A stretch of 32,000 nt of DNA from Ktedonobacterales bacterium (GTDB lineage Bacteria > Chloroflexota > Ktedonobacteria > Ktedonobacterales > JADMIN01): the NCBI GenBank assembly GCA_030167145.1, contig CP126532.1:60001-92000 (forward strand). The letters run 5' to 3'. Shown here piece by piece: positions 16,320 through 23,937 of this stretch. The translations under genes were made by a program, and so were the position numbers. Under the pieces are notes generated by a model. It searched no databases. It was given only the letters and a program-made list of their open reading frames with translations, and had not been told where the DNA came from. Each line of letters opens with the position of its first letter. The first letter of the stretch is position 1.

Positions 16320-17744
16320 ATGGCGAATGAGCAGCTTGGCCACGTGCTTGTGGTGGATGACAACTTGGTCAACCGACTGACACTCGCGCGGAGCCTGGAA
16401 CAGCAAGGCCATTCGGTGTCACTAGCAGAGAATGGCCAGCAGGCGCTTGATATGGTCCGCGCCATGTCATTCGATGTCGTCCTGCTCGACATCCTCATGC
16501 CAGAGATAGATGGGTTTGAGGTGCTCACACGCATGAAAGCGGACCAGGACTTGCGCGACATTCCGGTGATCGTCATCTCGGCGTTGGATGACATCGAAAG
16601 CGCCGTGCGCTGCATTGAGATGGGAGCGGAAGACTATCTGCCCAAGCCCTTCGATCCTGTGCTGTTGCGGGCACGGCTGCGAGCAAGTCTACAGAAGAAG
16701 AGGCTGCGCGACCTAGAAGTAGCCTACTTGCGTCAGGAGGTCATGCTGCGGCAGAACGAGAAGTTGGCGACCCTTGGTAAACTGAGCGCGGGGCTGGCCC
16801 ACGAACTCAATAATCCAGCGGCCGCAGCCGAGCGGAGCGCCGACCAACTCCGGACGACCGTAGCGCAGCTTCAGGAGACGCAGTTGCGCCTGGGTGCGTT
16901 GGGTCTCTCTGGCGCGCAACATGAGACGCTCACTCAGCTCGACCGTACAGCCCAGCAGCGAGCTGCGCACCCAGCAGACATCGGCTCCATCACGCAGAGC
17001 GATCGCGCGGATAAGTTAGAACGCTGGCTTGAGGAGCAAGGAGTTGCAGAGGCCTGGGAGCATGCGCCAACATTCGCAGATATGGGATATGAGATCGGTG
17101 ACCTCGTGGCCCTACAGCAGATTTTCTTTACCCAGCACCTTCCGATTGTGATTGTGTGGCTCAGCCAGACGTACACCGTTTACAGCCTCTTGGAGGAGAT
17201 CGCACAAGAGACGGGCCGCATGACGGAGTTAGTAAAGGCTCTGAAGACATACACTTACCTGGATCGAGCGCCCATTCAGTCGGTGGATGTCCACGAAGGG
17301 TTGGATAGTACGCTCGTGATGCTGCGCAGCAAGCTCAAAGACCGGATCACCGTTCGGCGTGAGTACACCCCAAATCTCCCGCGCATCGAGGCGTATGCCA
17401 GCGAGCTCAATCAGGTGTGGACAAACCTGATCGACAACGCCACCGACGCGGTAGAGGGTAAGGGTGAAATTATCGTTCGGACGCGCCAGGAGGGCGAGTG
17501 CGTGGTCGTTGATGTCGAAGACAACGGACCCGGCATTCCTGAACTGGTGCAGGCACAGGTCTTCGATCCCTTCTTTACGACGAAGCCACCAGGGGAGGGA
17601 TCGGGTCTGGGATTGAATATTAGTCACAACATCATCGTTCAGAAGCATGGCGGCACTATCGCTCTTACCTCGCAACCAGGCAAGACGCGGTTCGAGGTCA
17701 GACTCCCGCTCAAGCTTGCGACCGAGGAGCGTGCGTTAGACTAG
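16320..17744 (+). CDS. Response-regulator receiver fused to a histidine kinase core (REC-HisKA-HATPase_c)
   Basis: 474-aa ORF, ATG 16320 with GGAGAG 6 nt upstream, 27 nt after the hybrid kinase. REC (VVDDN..., DILMPEIDG, YLPKPF); H-box LSAGLAHELNNPAAA; ~130 aa between the two DHp helices; N/G boxes NLIDNATDAV, DNGPGIP, GSGLGLNIS. Confidence 0.9.
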   Translation: MANEQLGHVLVVDDNLVNRLTLARSLEQQGHSVSLAENGQQALDMVRAMSFDVVLLDILMPEIDGFEVLTRMKADQDLRDIPVIVISALDDIESAVRCIEMGAEDYLPKPFDPVLLRARLRASLQKKRLRDLEVAYLRQEVMLRQNEKLATLGKLSAGLAHELNNPAAAAERSADQLRTTVAQLQETQLRLGALGLSGAQHETLTQLDRTAQQRAAHPADIGSITQSDRADKLERWLEEQGVAEAWEHAPTFADMGYEIGDLVALQQIFFTQHLPIVIVWLSQTYTVYSLLEEIAQETGRMTELVKALKTYTYLDRAPIQSVDVHEGLDSTLVMLRSKLKDRITVRREYTPNLPRIEAYASELNQVWTNLIDNATDAVEGKGEIIVRTRQEGECVVVDVEDNGPGIPELVQAQVFDPFFTTKPPGEGSGLGLNISHNIIVQKHGGTIALTSQPGKTRFEVRLPLKLATEERALD

Positions 17745-19414
17745 AGCCGAGTGGTTTTGCGGAACTGATGTACTAGTTGGACGGCCATTGCGCCCTCGCC
17801 CACCGCCGATGCTACCCGCTTGACGGATCCGTGCCGTACATCACCAGCTACGAACACACCGGGCATACTGGCCTCAAGCAAGAAAGGCTCTCTATCGAGC
17901 GGCCAGCCGTCAGGGCGAGCACCCACTTTGGCGCGCGGTAGATCCGTCCCGGTGAGTATGAATCCCTGCGAGTCACGCATCAGGACGCCGGAGACCCACT
18001 CGGTATGCGGCGCGGCGCCAATAAAGATGAAAACGGCTGAGGCGGGTGCGGTCTCGTCGGATCCAGATGCTGCATCGTGGATGGTAATGGTTTCGAGACT
18101 GGTTGTGCCGCGCGCGCCGATAACGCTTGTCTGCGTCCGCACGTGGATGTTGTCGGTCGCGGCGATTTGGTCTTGCAGGTATTGTGACATTGTCTCCGCG
18201 AGCGACCGAGCACGGACGAGCACGGTGACGGAGCGGCAGTACTTGGAGAAGTACATCGCGGCCTGGCCCGCTGAATTTGCCCCACCCACCACGAAGACGT
18301 CCTGACCACGATAGTCAGGTGCCTCCGAGGCCGCTGCGCCATAATACACACCTGCGCCGATCAGCTCGTTGACACCAGGCGCGTCGAGCTGACGATATGC
18401 CACGCCAGTTGCGACAATCAGCGCATGGCAGCTAATCTCCGCGCCATCAATGAGTGTTATCACGCGATACGGCTCTACAAGGTGCAACCCTGTCGCCTCC
18501 TGTGGAGTCAAGATCTCGACTCCAAAGCGTTTGGCCTGGGCTACGGAGCGTCTGGTAAGATCCGCCCCGCTTAAACCCACGGGGAAACCAAGATAGTTCT
18601 CGATACGCGAGCTTGATCCCGCTTGCCCGCCAGGCGCCTGACGTTCCAGCATGAGCGTCTTCAGGCCCTCAGAGGCGCCATATACGGCAGACGCGAGCGC
18701 TGCCGGACCTCCACCGATGATGATGAGATCGTAGAATGGCAGTGTTGCCTTCGTACGCAAACCGATCTTCTCAGCGACCTGCACGCTGGTTGGCGCGGAT
18801 AGTTGTGTGCCATCCCCAAAAAGCAGCAGGGGAAGAGAGGGCGACGGCGCCCCGGCCAATTCGACGAGCTTGCGCGCCTCATCATCGTCCTCAACGTCCA
18901 TCCACTGATACGGGATCTGGTTGCGAGCGAGAAAGTCTTTGACCTGGTAGGACAAGGGTGACCAGCGATGCCCTACGACGCGGACTCCTTCGAACGGAGG
19001 ACGGAAGAACGCCCGCCACTGTTCGAGCAGATCGTTGAGGACGGGATAGAGTTGGGATTCAGGCGGGTCCCAAGGCTTGACGAGATAATAGTCTAGCTTG
19101 AGCTGGTTGATAGCATTGATCGCGACATCAGTATCCGCATAGGCGGTGAGCAGTGCGCGTTTTGCGTCTGGATACAGCTTGAGAGCCTCCGCAAGGAACT
19201 CGATGCCTGTCATCTCTGGCATGCGCTGGTCAACAAGCAGCAAGGCAACAGGATCATTACGCAACTGAAGTGTGCGAAGCGCAGCCAGGGCTCGAGGACC
19301 TGAGCTTGCCACAACCACACGGTAGCGAGGGCCATATTCGCGACGTAGATCGCGCTCGATTGCCTTCAGCACCTCTTGGTCGTCGTCCACCGCGAGAAGA
19401 ACTGGTTTGCGCAT
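17741..19414 (-). CDS. Response-regulator receiver fused to a glutaredoxin-like fold and a thioredoxin-reductase-like FAD/NAD(P)H flavoprotein, no CxxC
   Basis: 557-aa ORF. REC (AVDDDQ, LLLVDQRMPEMTG, YLVKPW). A Grx-like segment has WSPLS where CPYC would sit (nt 18950-18964). TrxR-like FAD motif IIIGGGPAALASAVYGA and NADPH motif VFVVGGANSAGQAA. The CATC position reads GAAASEA (nt 18320-18340). Only two Cys in the whole protein (ISCH, KYCR), far apart. Confidence 0.9.
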   Translation of the reverse strand: MRKPVLLAVDDDQEVLKAIERDLRREYGPRYRVVVASSGPRALAALRTLQLRNDPVALLLVDQRMPEMTGIEFLAEALKLYPDAKRALLTAYADTDVAINAINQLKLDYYLVKPWDPPESQLYPVLNDLLEQWRAFFRPPFEGVRVVGHRWSPLSYQVKDFLARNQIPYQWMDVEDDDEARKLVELAGAPSPSLPLLLFGDGTQLSAPTSVQVAEKIGLRTKATLPFYDLIIIGGGPAALASAVYGASEGLKTLMLERQAPGGQAGSSSRIENYLGFPVGLSGADLTRRSVAQAKRFGVEILTPQEATGLHLVEPYRVITLIDGAEISCHALIVATGVAYRQLDAPGVNELIGAGVYYGAAASEAPDYRGQDVFVVGGANSAGQAAMYFSKYCRSVTVLVRARSLAETMSQYLQDQIAATDNIHVRTQTSVIGARGTTSLETITIHDAASGSDETAPASAVFIFIGAAPHTEWVSGVLMRDSQGFILTGTDLPRAKVGARPDGWPLDREPFLLEASMPGVFVAGDVRHGSVKRVASAVGEGAMAVQLVHQFRKTTRL

Positions 19415-20001
19415 CGGTGTGCAGCCCCTGTTCTATTGCTACCCCTCTGATAGAGAACTGGTGGGCACCCCTGAAAAAAGCCGGGACCAGAACGCAGCTC
19501 CCCTGTCACGCAGGCGCAGGATGTCTCTTAATGTTCCCACTATCACGGATGTACCAGATCGTCGGTGTGAATTCGGACTTTGATAACGTTCCGATCTGGG
19601 CGCGCTTATGAATGCTTGCAGATCTCATGTGGTGGGGGTTTGAGGGACCGTTCTAGGATCATGCACTACGTACACACCATCCTGGCCCATCATAGCACGC
19701 GCTTACAGATGCTCTCAATACTTCGCGAAGGTGGTGCCAACAATAAGTACGATGGAGTAGGAATGATCTTTCGGTTGGCCGGCTGCTAATCGAGAACTCG
19801 CCGCTTAACACAATGCGCACGTTTGAGCTTTCAATGCCATGGAGTAAGCCATCCGTGGCGACGACGACGGCATTGCTGAAGACTTTGCCAACGATAGACT
19901 GGATACGTGCCCTGCTGACCCGAGCCTATAGCTTCATCTGGATAGAGGTGGGGCGGACGGGGAGTGTGAGCTTTTGTCTGCGCAGGTCGGACCGGCCGGA
20001 A

Positions 20002-21003
20002 TCAAGTGGCGCTGACGACCACTTTCCCGGTAGCGCGATTGTCCTCCATGTAGCGATGAGCTTCGACGAGTTGCTCGAAAGAGAAGACACGATCCAGGTG
20101 CGTGGGATAACGCCCTGTCGCCACGCCATCGACGATTCGCTGAAGCAATTGGGTACAGTGCGCCGCATCAATGGTCGCGCGGCTGGCGTACGTGGTAAGC
20201 CGCACCCCAGACGGGATGTCGGCCAGAGGCTGGAATCGCTCCAGCACGCTATGATCGCCCAGGTTGCCCATGTAGCAGAGGATGCCACTGGGTGCGACGG
20301 TGAGGAGCGAGTCGCGCAAGGTTGTCGCGCCAACCAACTCGAGAACGGCGGAGACGCCATCTGGAGCGGTGTGTAAAACCTGCGCCTCAATGCTGCCGGT
20401 GTCTAGGATGACCTGGTCTGCGCCCGCAGCGTGCAACGCGCCTACTTTGTCTGGCGTGCGGGTGGTGGCAAAGATATATGCGCCGCGTTCCTTGGCGAGA
20501 GTGATCGCACAGAGGCCGACCGATGAGGCACCGCCACGAATGAGCAGAGTGTGTCCTGGACGTAGGTCAAGTGTCTCGAGAGCTTGAAGTGCGGTGAGAT
20601 AGCTTTTGGGCACTGCGGCGAGGATGTCCCAAGGCAAAGTGGTAGTGAGGGGAAGCACCTGGGTAGCGGGAGCGACAACATACTCCGCATAGCAGCCGTC
20701 ATAGAGCCGCCCCAGGCCACCCATCAGGGCGACAACGGAAGTTCCCTGCGACAGGGTGAGTGTAGCAGGATCGTCGGATGGCTGGTCGGCGTGTTCCTCA
20801 ATGACACCAACGCACTCGGTGCCGAGCACACGCGGGAATGCGACCTCAGGGTACTCACCGCGGCGCGCGTAGATTTCGGAGCGGCTCAGGCCAATGGCCT
20901 TGATGCGGATGCGCACCCACCCAGAAGGAAGCTCTGGCAGCGGAAGCTCCTCAAACTGGATAACCTCAGGGCCTCCAGGGAGACGAACCACGGCAGCGCG
21001 CAC
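20002..21003 (-). CDS. Medium-chain dehydrogenase/reductase, quinone-oxidoreductase (zeta-crystallin) type
   Basis: 333-aa ORF, GTG start 21003 with GGAG 8 nt upstream. GroES-like N-domain (FPRVLGTECVGVI, with no Zn-ligand His) and Rossmann motif LLIRGGASSVGLCAITLAKERGA. Confidence 0.9.
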   Translation of the reverse strand: MRAAVVRLPGGPEVIQFEELPLPELPSGWVRIRIKAIGLSRSEIYARRGEYPEVAFPRVLGTECVGVIEEHADQPSDDPATLTLSQGTSVVALMGGLGRLYDGCYAEYVVAPATQVLPLTTTLPWDILAAVPKSYLTALQALETLDLRPGHTLLIRGGASSVGLCAITLAKERGAYIFATTRTPDKVGALHAAGADQVILDTGSIEAQVLHTAPDGVSAVLELVGATTLRDSLLTVAPSGILCYMGNLGDHSVLERFQPLADIPSGVRLTTYASRATIDAAHCTQLLQRIVDGVATGRYPTHLDRVFSFEQLVEAHRYMEDNRATGKVVVSAT

Positions 21004-21123
21004 CGGATATACTCCGTTTCAGGGTGAGCAGGTCCATCAGGATTGGCATACAATGCATGGTAGCACAAGTGTGCAAGACTACGTCAGGGGCAGCGCGGGT
21101 GTTGAGAGTTGAAGGCCGTATGA

Positions 21124-21333
21124 CCGCTAGTGGTCTGTGCGGGTGGGGCCAAAACAGCGTTTGCCCTGGGCACGGGAGGCACTGCAGAGGACGTTGCGGC
21201 TTCTGAAATGTCGGAGGCGGACGGTGTGGCGCGTGCGGTGTTGTTGATGGCGACGCAGGCTGCGGGATCGCGGATCGTCGAGGTGCGACTGCGACCGATG
21301 AGCGAGCCACTGGTTGGACGTGATCCCGAGTGA
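21124..21333 (+). pseudogene. Probable C-terminal remnant (~70 codons) of a short-chain dehydrogenase/reductase
   Basis: The open frame starts right after TGA 21121-21123. ...GGTAEDVAASEMSEADGVARAVLLMATQAAGSRIVEVRLRPMSEPL resembles the SDR C-terminus (..eDvAraVlfa.tqP..v.v.Ei.lRPt). No Rossmann or YxxxK part lies upstream in any frame. Confidence 0.35.
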
Positions 21334-21379
21334 TATGGCACACGGCGACAGGTGGCAAAACGGACGATGAGGAGGAGTT

Positions 21380-21577
21380 ATGCGTATTGTGTGGTTTATT
21401 CTGGGTGTCCTCGCCGCTCTGATCGGCATCGTGTGGACATTGCAGGGCCTGAACATCCTCGGCGGGAGCACGATGAGCGGGCAGGCCATCTTCGTCGTAA
21501 TCGGTCCAATTGTTGGTGTGATCGGCCTAGTGCTCATTGGAGTGGGAATGGTGCGCCGCCGCACACCAACAACCTGA
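21380..21577 (+). CDS. Small two-TM membrane protein, 65 aa
   Basis: ATG 21380 is preceded by GAGGAGGAG. MRIVWFILGVLAALIGIVWTLQGLNILGGSTMSGQAIFVVIGPIVGVIGLVLIGVGMVRRRTPTT has two clear hydrophobic helices and a basic tail. Confidence 0.65.
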   Translation: MRIVWFILGVLAALIGIVWTLQGLNILGGSTMSGQAIFVVIGPIVGVIGLVLIGVGMVRRRTPTT

Positions 21578-21771
21578 CCATGCTGAGGTATATTGCGCTC
21601 GAGAAAGTTACTGCCGTCTCGGAGGCATTAGTCTGGTCCAGTGAATCCTTCACACAGCCGTTTCTTCATATAGTCGTGAGACTATGTAATCTGGATGACA
21701 CGTGGGTTCATCTCATGCTCCTTTATGGCTATATCTGCCAGGCGAATGCCAGCGGCGAGGTGGCGGTGAGG

Positions 21772-23484
21772 TCAAGCGAGGTTGGCTACCTGATGCTGCA
21801 TGCAGTGCGGGAATACCGCGCCATCACCGACAATAAGCGATATACCCCAAGAATTGGCACCCAGGATGTTGGCGAGCCGGCGCACACCATAGCTGGCATA
21901 GGCGGTCGTGCCGGTCAGGTGGTCATATTCGCCTTCCATGACCACCTGCCCTGTGCCGTACGTAGTCGTATCAACTGCGGCCCAGGTGAAGCCAAAGGGG
22001 TCGGCGCCCGATTGCGTGACGGCTTTGTCGAGCTGTTTCTTCAGATCGCCCAGCAGATCGGCCTGGCTTGCTTCCAGACCAGTGGGATTACCAGCCTGGG
22101 CAATCGCGCGATAGAGTTCATAGTGTGCACTGCCGCTCACGTCGTACAGATTCAGGGAGTCGGCGGCATGAATGGGGCCGGTGATGTAGGCATGCGCCCA
22201 ATGCGCTGCGGATTGCAAGTAGAAGGCGGGACCAGTTTGAGGCAAGCCCCCGGGTAACCCGCCGTTGGTCAGCGCGAAATACAGTTCGGTAGCCCCAAGC
22301 TCCAGGTCGTCGCGCCACTCCGTTTCCGGATAGAAGCTGAACGGCGCGGTGGTGAGTAGGTTGCCGCTGGGACTGGTATTGGCCAGACCAAAGATGTGCT
22401 CGGCGTAGAGCAAACAGGTGTTCGCGAAGGTAGGATCGCTGGTTTTGTAGAGTTGGAAACCGAGAGCAAAGTCGGCGGCCAGCCGACCGGCCAGGTTCGG
22501 GCTAATCAGCGAGCCGGGGGTAGCGGCACGGAACACCGGGCGGTTGCGAATATAGCGGTAGAGTGAGTTGGCGCCGCCAAATGTATCATCAGCCTGAGGC
22601 AAGCGCCAGATGTCGTGATCGCTAATAGTATTGGAGTTCCCATTGCCGATGCCAACCTGATAGTACAGGGTCTGGGTGGCGTCGTCCCACATGTGTTGAA
22701 GGAAGGTGAGGCCGAACTTCGCTTCGGCGGTGAAGTTTGCGCTGGCTGATCCAGCGCCAAGCTGGGTGGGGAAATCGCGCACGCCGAGTTGGAGCATGGC
22801 GACGGTATAGCTGGTCGTCTCGACGAACTTTAGATAGTCGCCAGCATCCCACCAGCCACCCGATGCGTCAATGCGAATGCCCAGTGGAGAGAGGTCACCA
22901 GAGAAGCGCCCATTATTGTTCATACTGGGCGTGAGATAGGTCATCGCGGAGGCATCGTTGAGATGTCTGGGGGCAGTGCGCAATGCTGAGGGGATGTAGT
23001 TGGGGCCGTCGCGCTCAGTTTGGTAGAACGACAGGGCATTGCTGAGGGCGATGGCATACAGATTCGCGGCGGTGTCGATCTGGAAGCCAGGAGAGGTTGC
23101 AGGAATGGCTCCGCTCACGGCGATGGTGTACGTGCCCGCTGATGTGACGGTGTCGAAATCCAGGCCGTACACATCGGGATAGCTGGAACTCCACGAGCCG
23201 AGGCTTGCGCCAATTGTCCCGGAGGCGACTATCGCGCCGCCCGTGTTCTTGACACTGAAGGTTGCGCCAGCCTCAGAGCCAGAGACCATAAGATAGCCCC
23301 GCTTCGTGGCGGTGGTCGCGTAGCCAAGCTGATTGATGCGGATGTAGGCTGTGCCGCTGGCGTTGACGCGCGCCGAACCAAGCGACATCGTCCAGACGCC
23401 TGAGGTGACCACACAGGTGATCAGGATGCCAGTTAGAAAAGGAACAATACGGCGCCTTGAAAGGAAGGGGATGCGCGGATTCAT
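21772..23484 (-). CDS. Glycoside hydrolase family 9 endoglucanase with N-terminal signal/anchor and Ig-like domain; apparently truncated at the C-terminus
   Basis: Start moved to ATG 23484 (MNPRIPFLSRRRIVPFLTGILITCVV..., GAGGAGGAG upstream). GH9 motif DASGGWWDAGDYLKFVETTSYTVAML carries both catalytic Asp. The ORF ends ...ANILGANSWGISLIVGDGAVFPHCMQHQVANLA*, inside the first GH9 active-site signature (HHR reads QHQ). The segment with the catalytic Glu is missing. Confidence 0.8.
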   Translation of the reverse strand: MNPRIPFLSRRRIVPFLTGILITCVVTSGVWTMSLGSARVNASGTAYIRINQLGYATTATKRGYLMVSGSEAGATFSVKNTGGAIVASGTIGASLGSWSSSYPDVYGLDFDTVTSAGTYTIAVSGAIPATSPGFQIDTAANLYAIALSNALSFYQTERDGPNYIPSALRTAPRHLNDASAMTYLTPSMNNNGRFSGDLSPLGIRIDASGGWWDAGDYLKFVETTSYTVAMLQLGVRDFPTQLGAGSASANFTAEAKFGLTFLQHMWDDATQTLYYQVGIGNGNSNTISDHDIWRLPQADDTFGGANSLYRYIRNRPVFRAATPGSLISPNLAGRLAADFALGFQLYKTSDPTFANTCLLYAEHIFGLANTSPSGNLLTTAPFSFYPETEWRDDLELGATELYFALTNGGLPGGLPQTGPAFYLQSAAHWAHAYITGPIHAADSLNLYDVSGSAHYELYRAIAQAGNPTGLEASQADLLGDLKKQLDKAVTQSGADPFGFTWAAVDTTTYGTGQVVMEGEYDHLTGTTAYASYGVRRLANILGANSWGISLIVGDGAVFPHCMQHQVANLA

Positions 23485-23682
23485 GGCGCTCCTCCTCGAT
23501 GAGGTGGTCCATAGGCGACACTCAACGCCCAACGCCAGCCGCGTGTGAAATGCATCCGCCATCAAGGTTTTTGCCAGCAGCATCGAGCACGGAATGGTCG
23601 CGTGTCAAAACTCCGCGGGCTTTCTTGGAATCGCTCCCGGAATGGATACCGGAATCGCTCACAACAAACACACTTGCACGAT

Positions 23683-23713
23683 GCCTTTTTGTCAAGCCTT
23701 TTTGTCAAGCCTT
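23683..23713. repeat. 13-bp tandem repeat gcctttttgtcaa x2.4
   Basis: Read directly: units at 23683-23695 and 23696-23708, partial unit at 23709-23713. Confidence 0.9.
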
Positions 23714-23813
23714 CGGCTGCGCAACCAGACCATTCGTGTTAGCATGCTTGTCTAGCCAGGCAGAGATTATGAATGGCCATGCGTGGTTGGCTCTGCGCCA
23801 GCGGGTCCATTAG

Positions 23814-23838
23814 CTGGTGTTTGCCTGGTGTTTGCCTG
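23814..23838. repeat. 11-bp tandem repeat ctggtgtttgc x2.3
   Basis: Read directly: units at 23814-23824 and 23825-23835, partial unit at 23836-23838. Confidence 0.9.
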
Positions 23839-23864
23839 CAGGCACCAAGACGTTTCGATCAGTG

Positions 23865-23902
23865 TGCGACGGCTATGCGACGGCTATGCGACGGCTATGC
23901 GA
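23865..23902. repeat. 11-bp tandem repeat tgcgacggcta x3.5, abutting the IS982-family element
   Basis: Read directly: units at 23865-23875, 23876-23886 and 23887-23897, partial unit at 23898-23902. Confidence 0.9.
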
Positions 23903-23937
23903 GGGGGCCACATATTGTGCCATTGGTAGGCGTCGTG

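Noticed and set aside
14106-16615. Several 100-190-aa minus-strand ORFs inside the kinase genes (14106..14549, 14811..15326, 16031..16615)
   Set aside because: They are antisense to strongly supported multidomain kinase ORFs and have low-complexity Ser/Arg/Ala composition.
19470-19503. Minus-strand terminator-like element (imperfect gggagc/ggtccc stem followed by a T6 run)
   Set aside because: The stem has a mismatch and is only 6 bp, and it lies ~500 nt from the nearest upstream stop. Too weak to annotate.
19560-19925. Stop-free minus-strand stretch ...RIQSIVGKVFSNAVVVATDGLLHGIESSNVRIVLSGEF... downstream of the quinone oxidoreductase
   Set aside because: It has no start codon near its 5' end (a TAG lies immediately upstream), no recognised family, and is absent from the ORF track. 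It could be a gene remnant, but the evidence is insufficient.
21682-21711. Mini-ORF MNPRVIQIT with an AAGGAG RBS just downstream of the truncated GH9 gene, echoing the GH9 N-terminus MNPRIPFL
   Set aside because: The similarity covers only 4-5 residues. It is too short to call a remnant of a second paralogue.
21352-22257. 301-aa plus-strand ORF
   Set aside because: It overlaps the RBS-supported 65-aa membrane gene in a different frame and then runs antisense through the GH9 gene. No motifs are present.
23865-23902. Possible CRISPR-like or minisatellite array
   Set aside because: The units are only 11 bp and directly abutting, with no spacers, and no cas genes are present. It is a simple tandem duplication.
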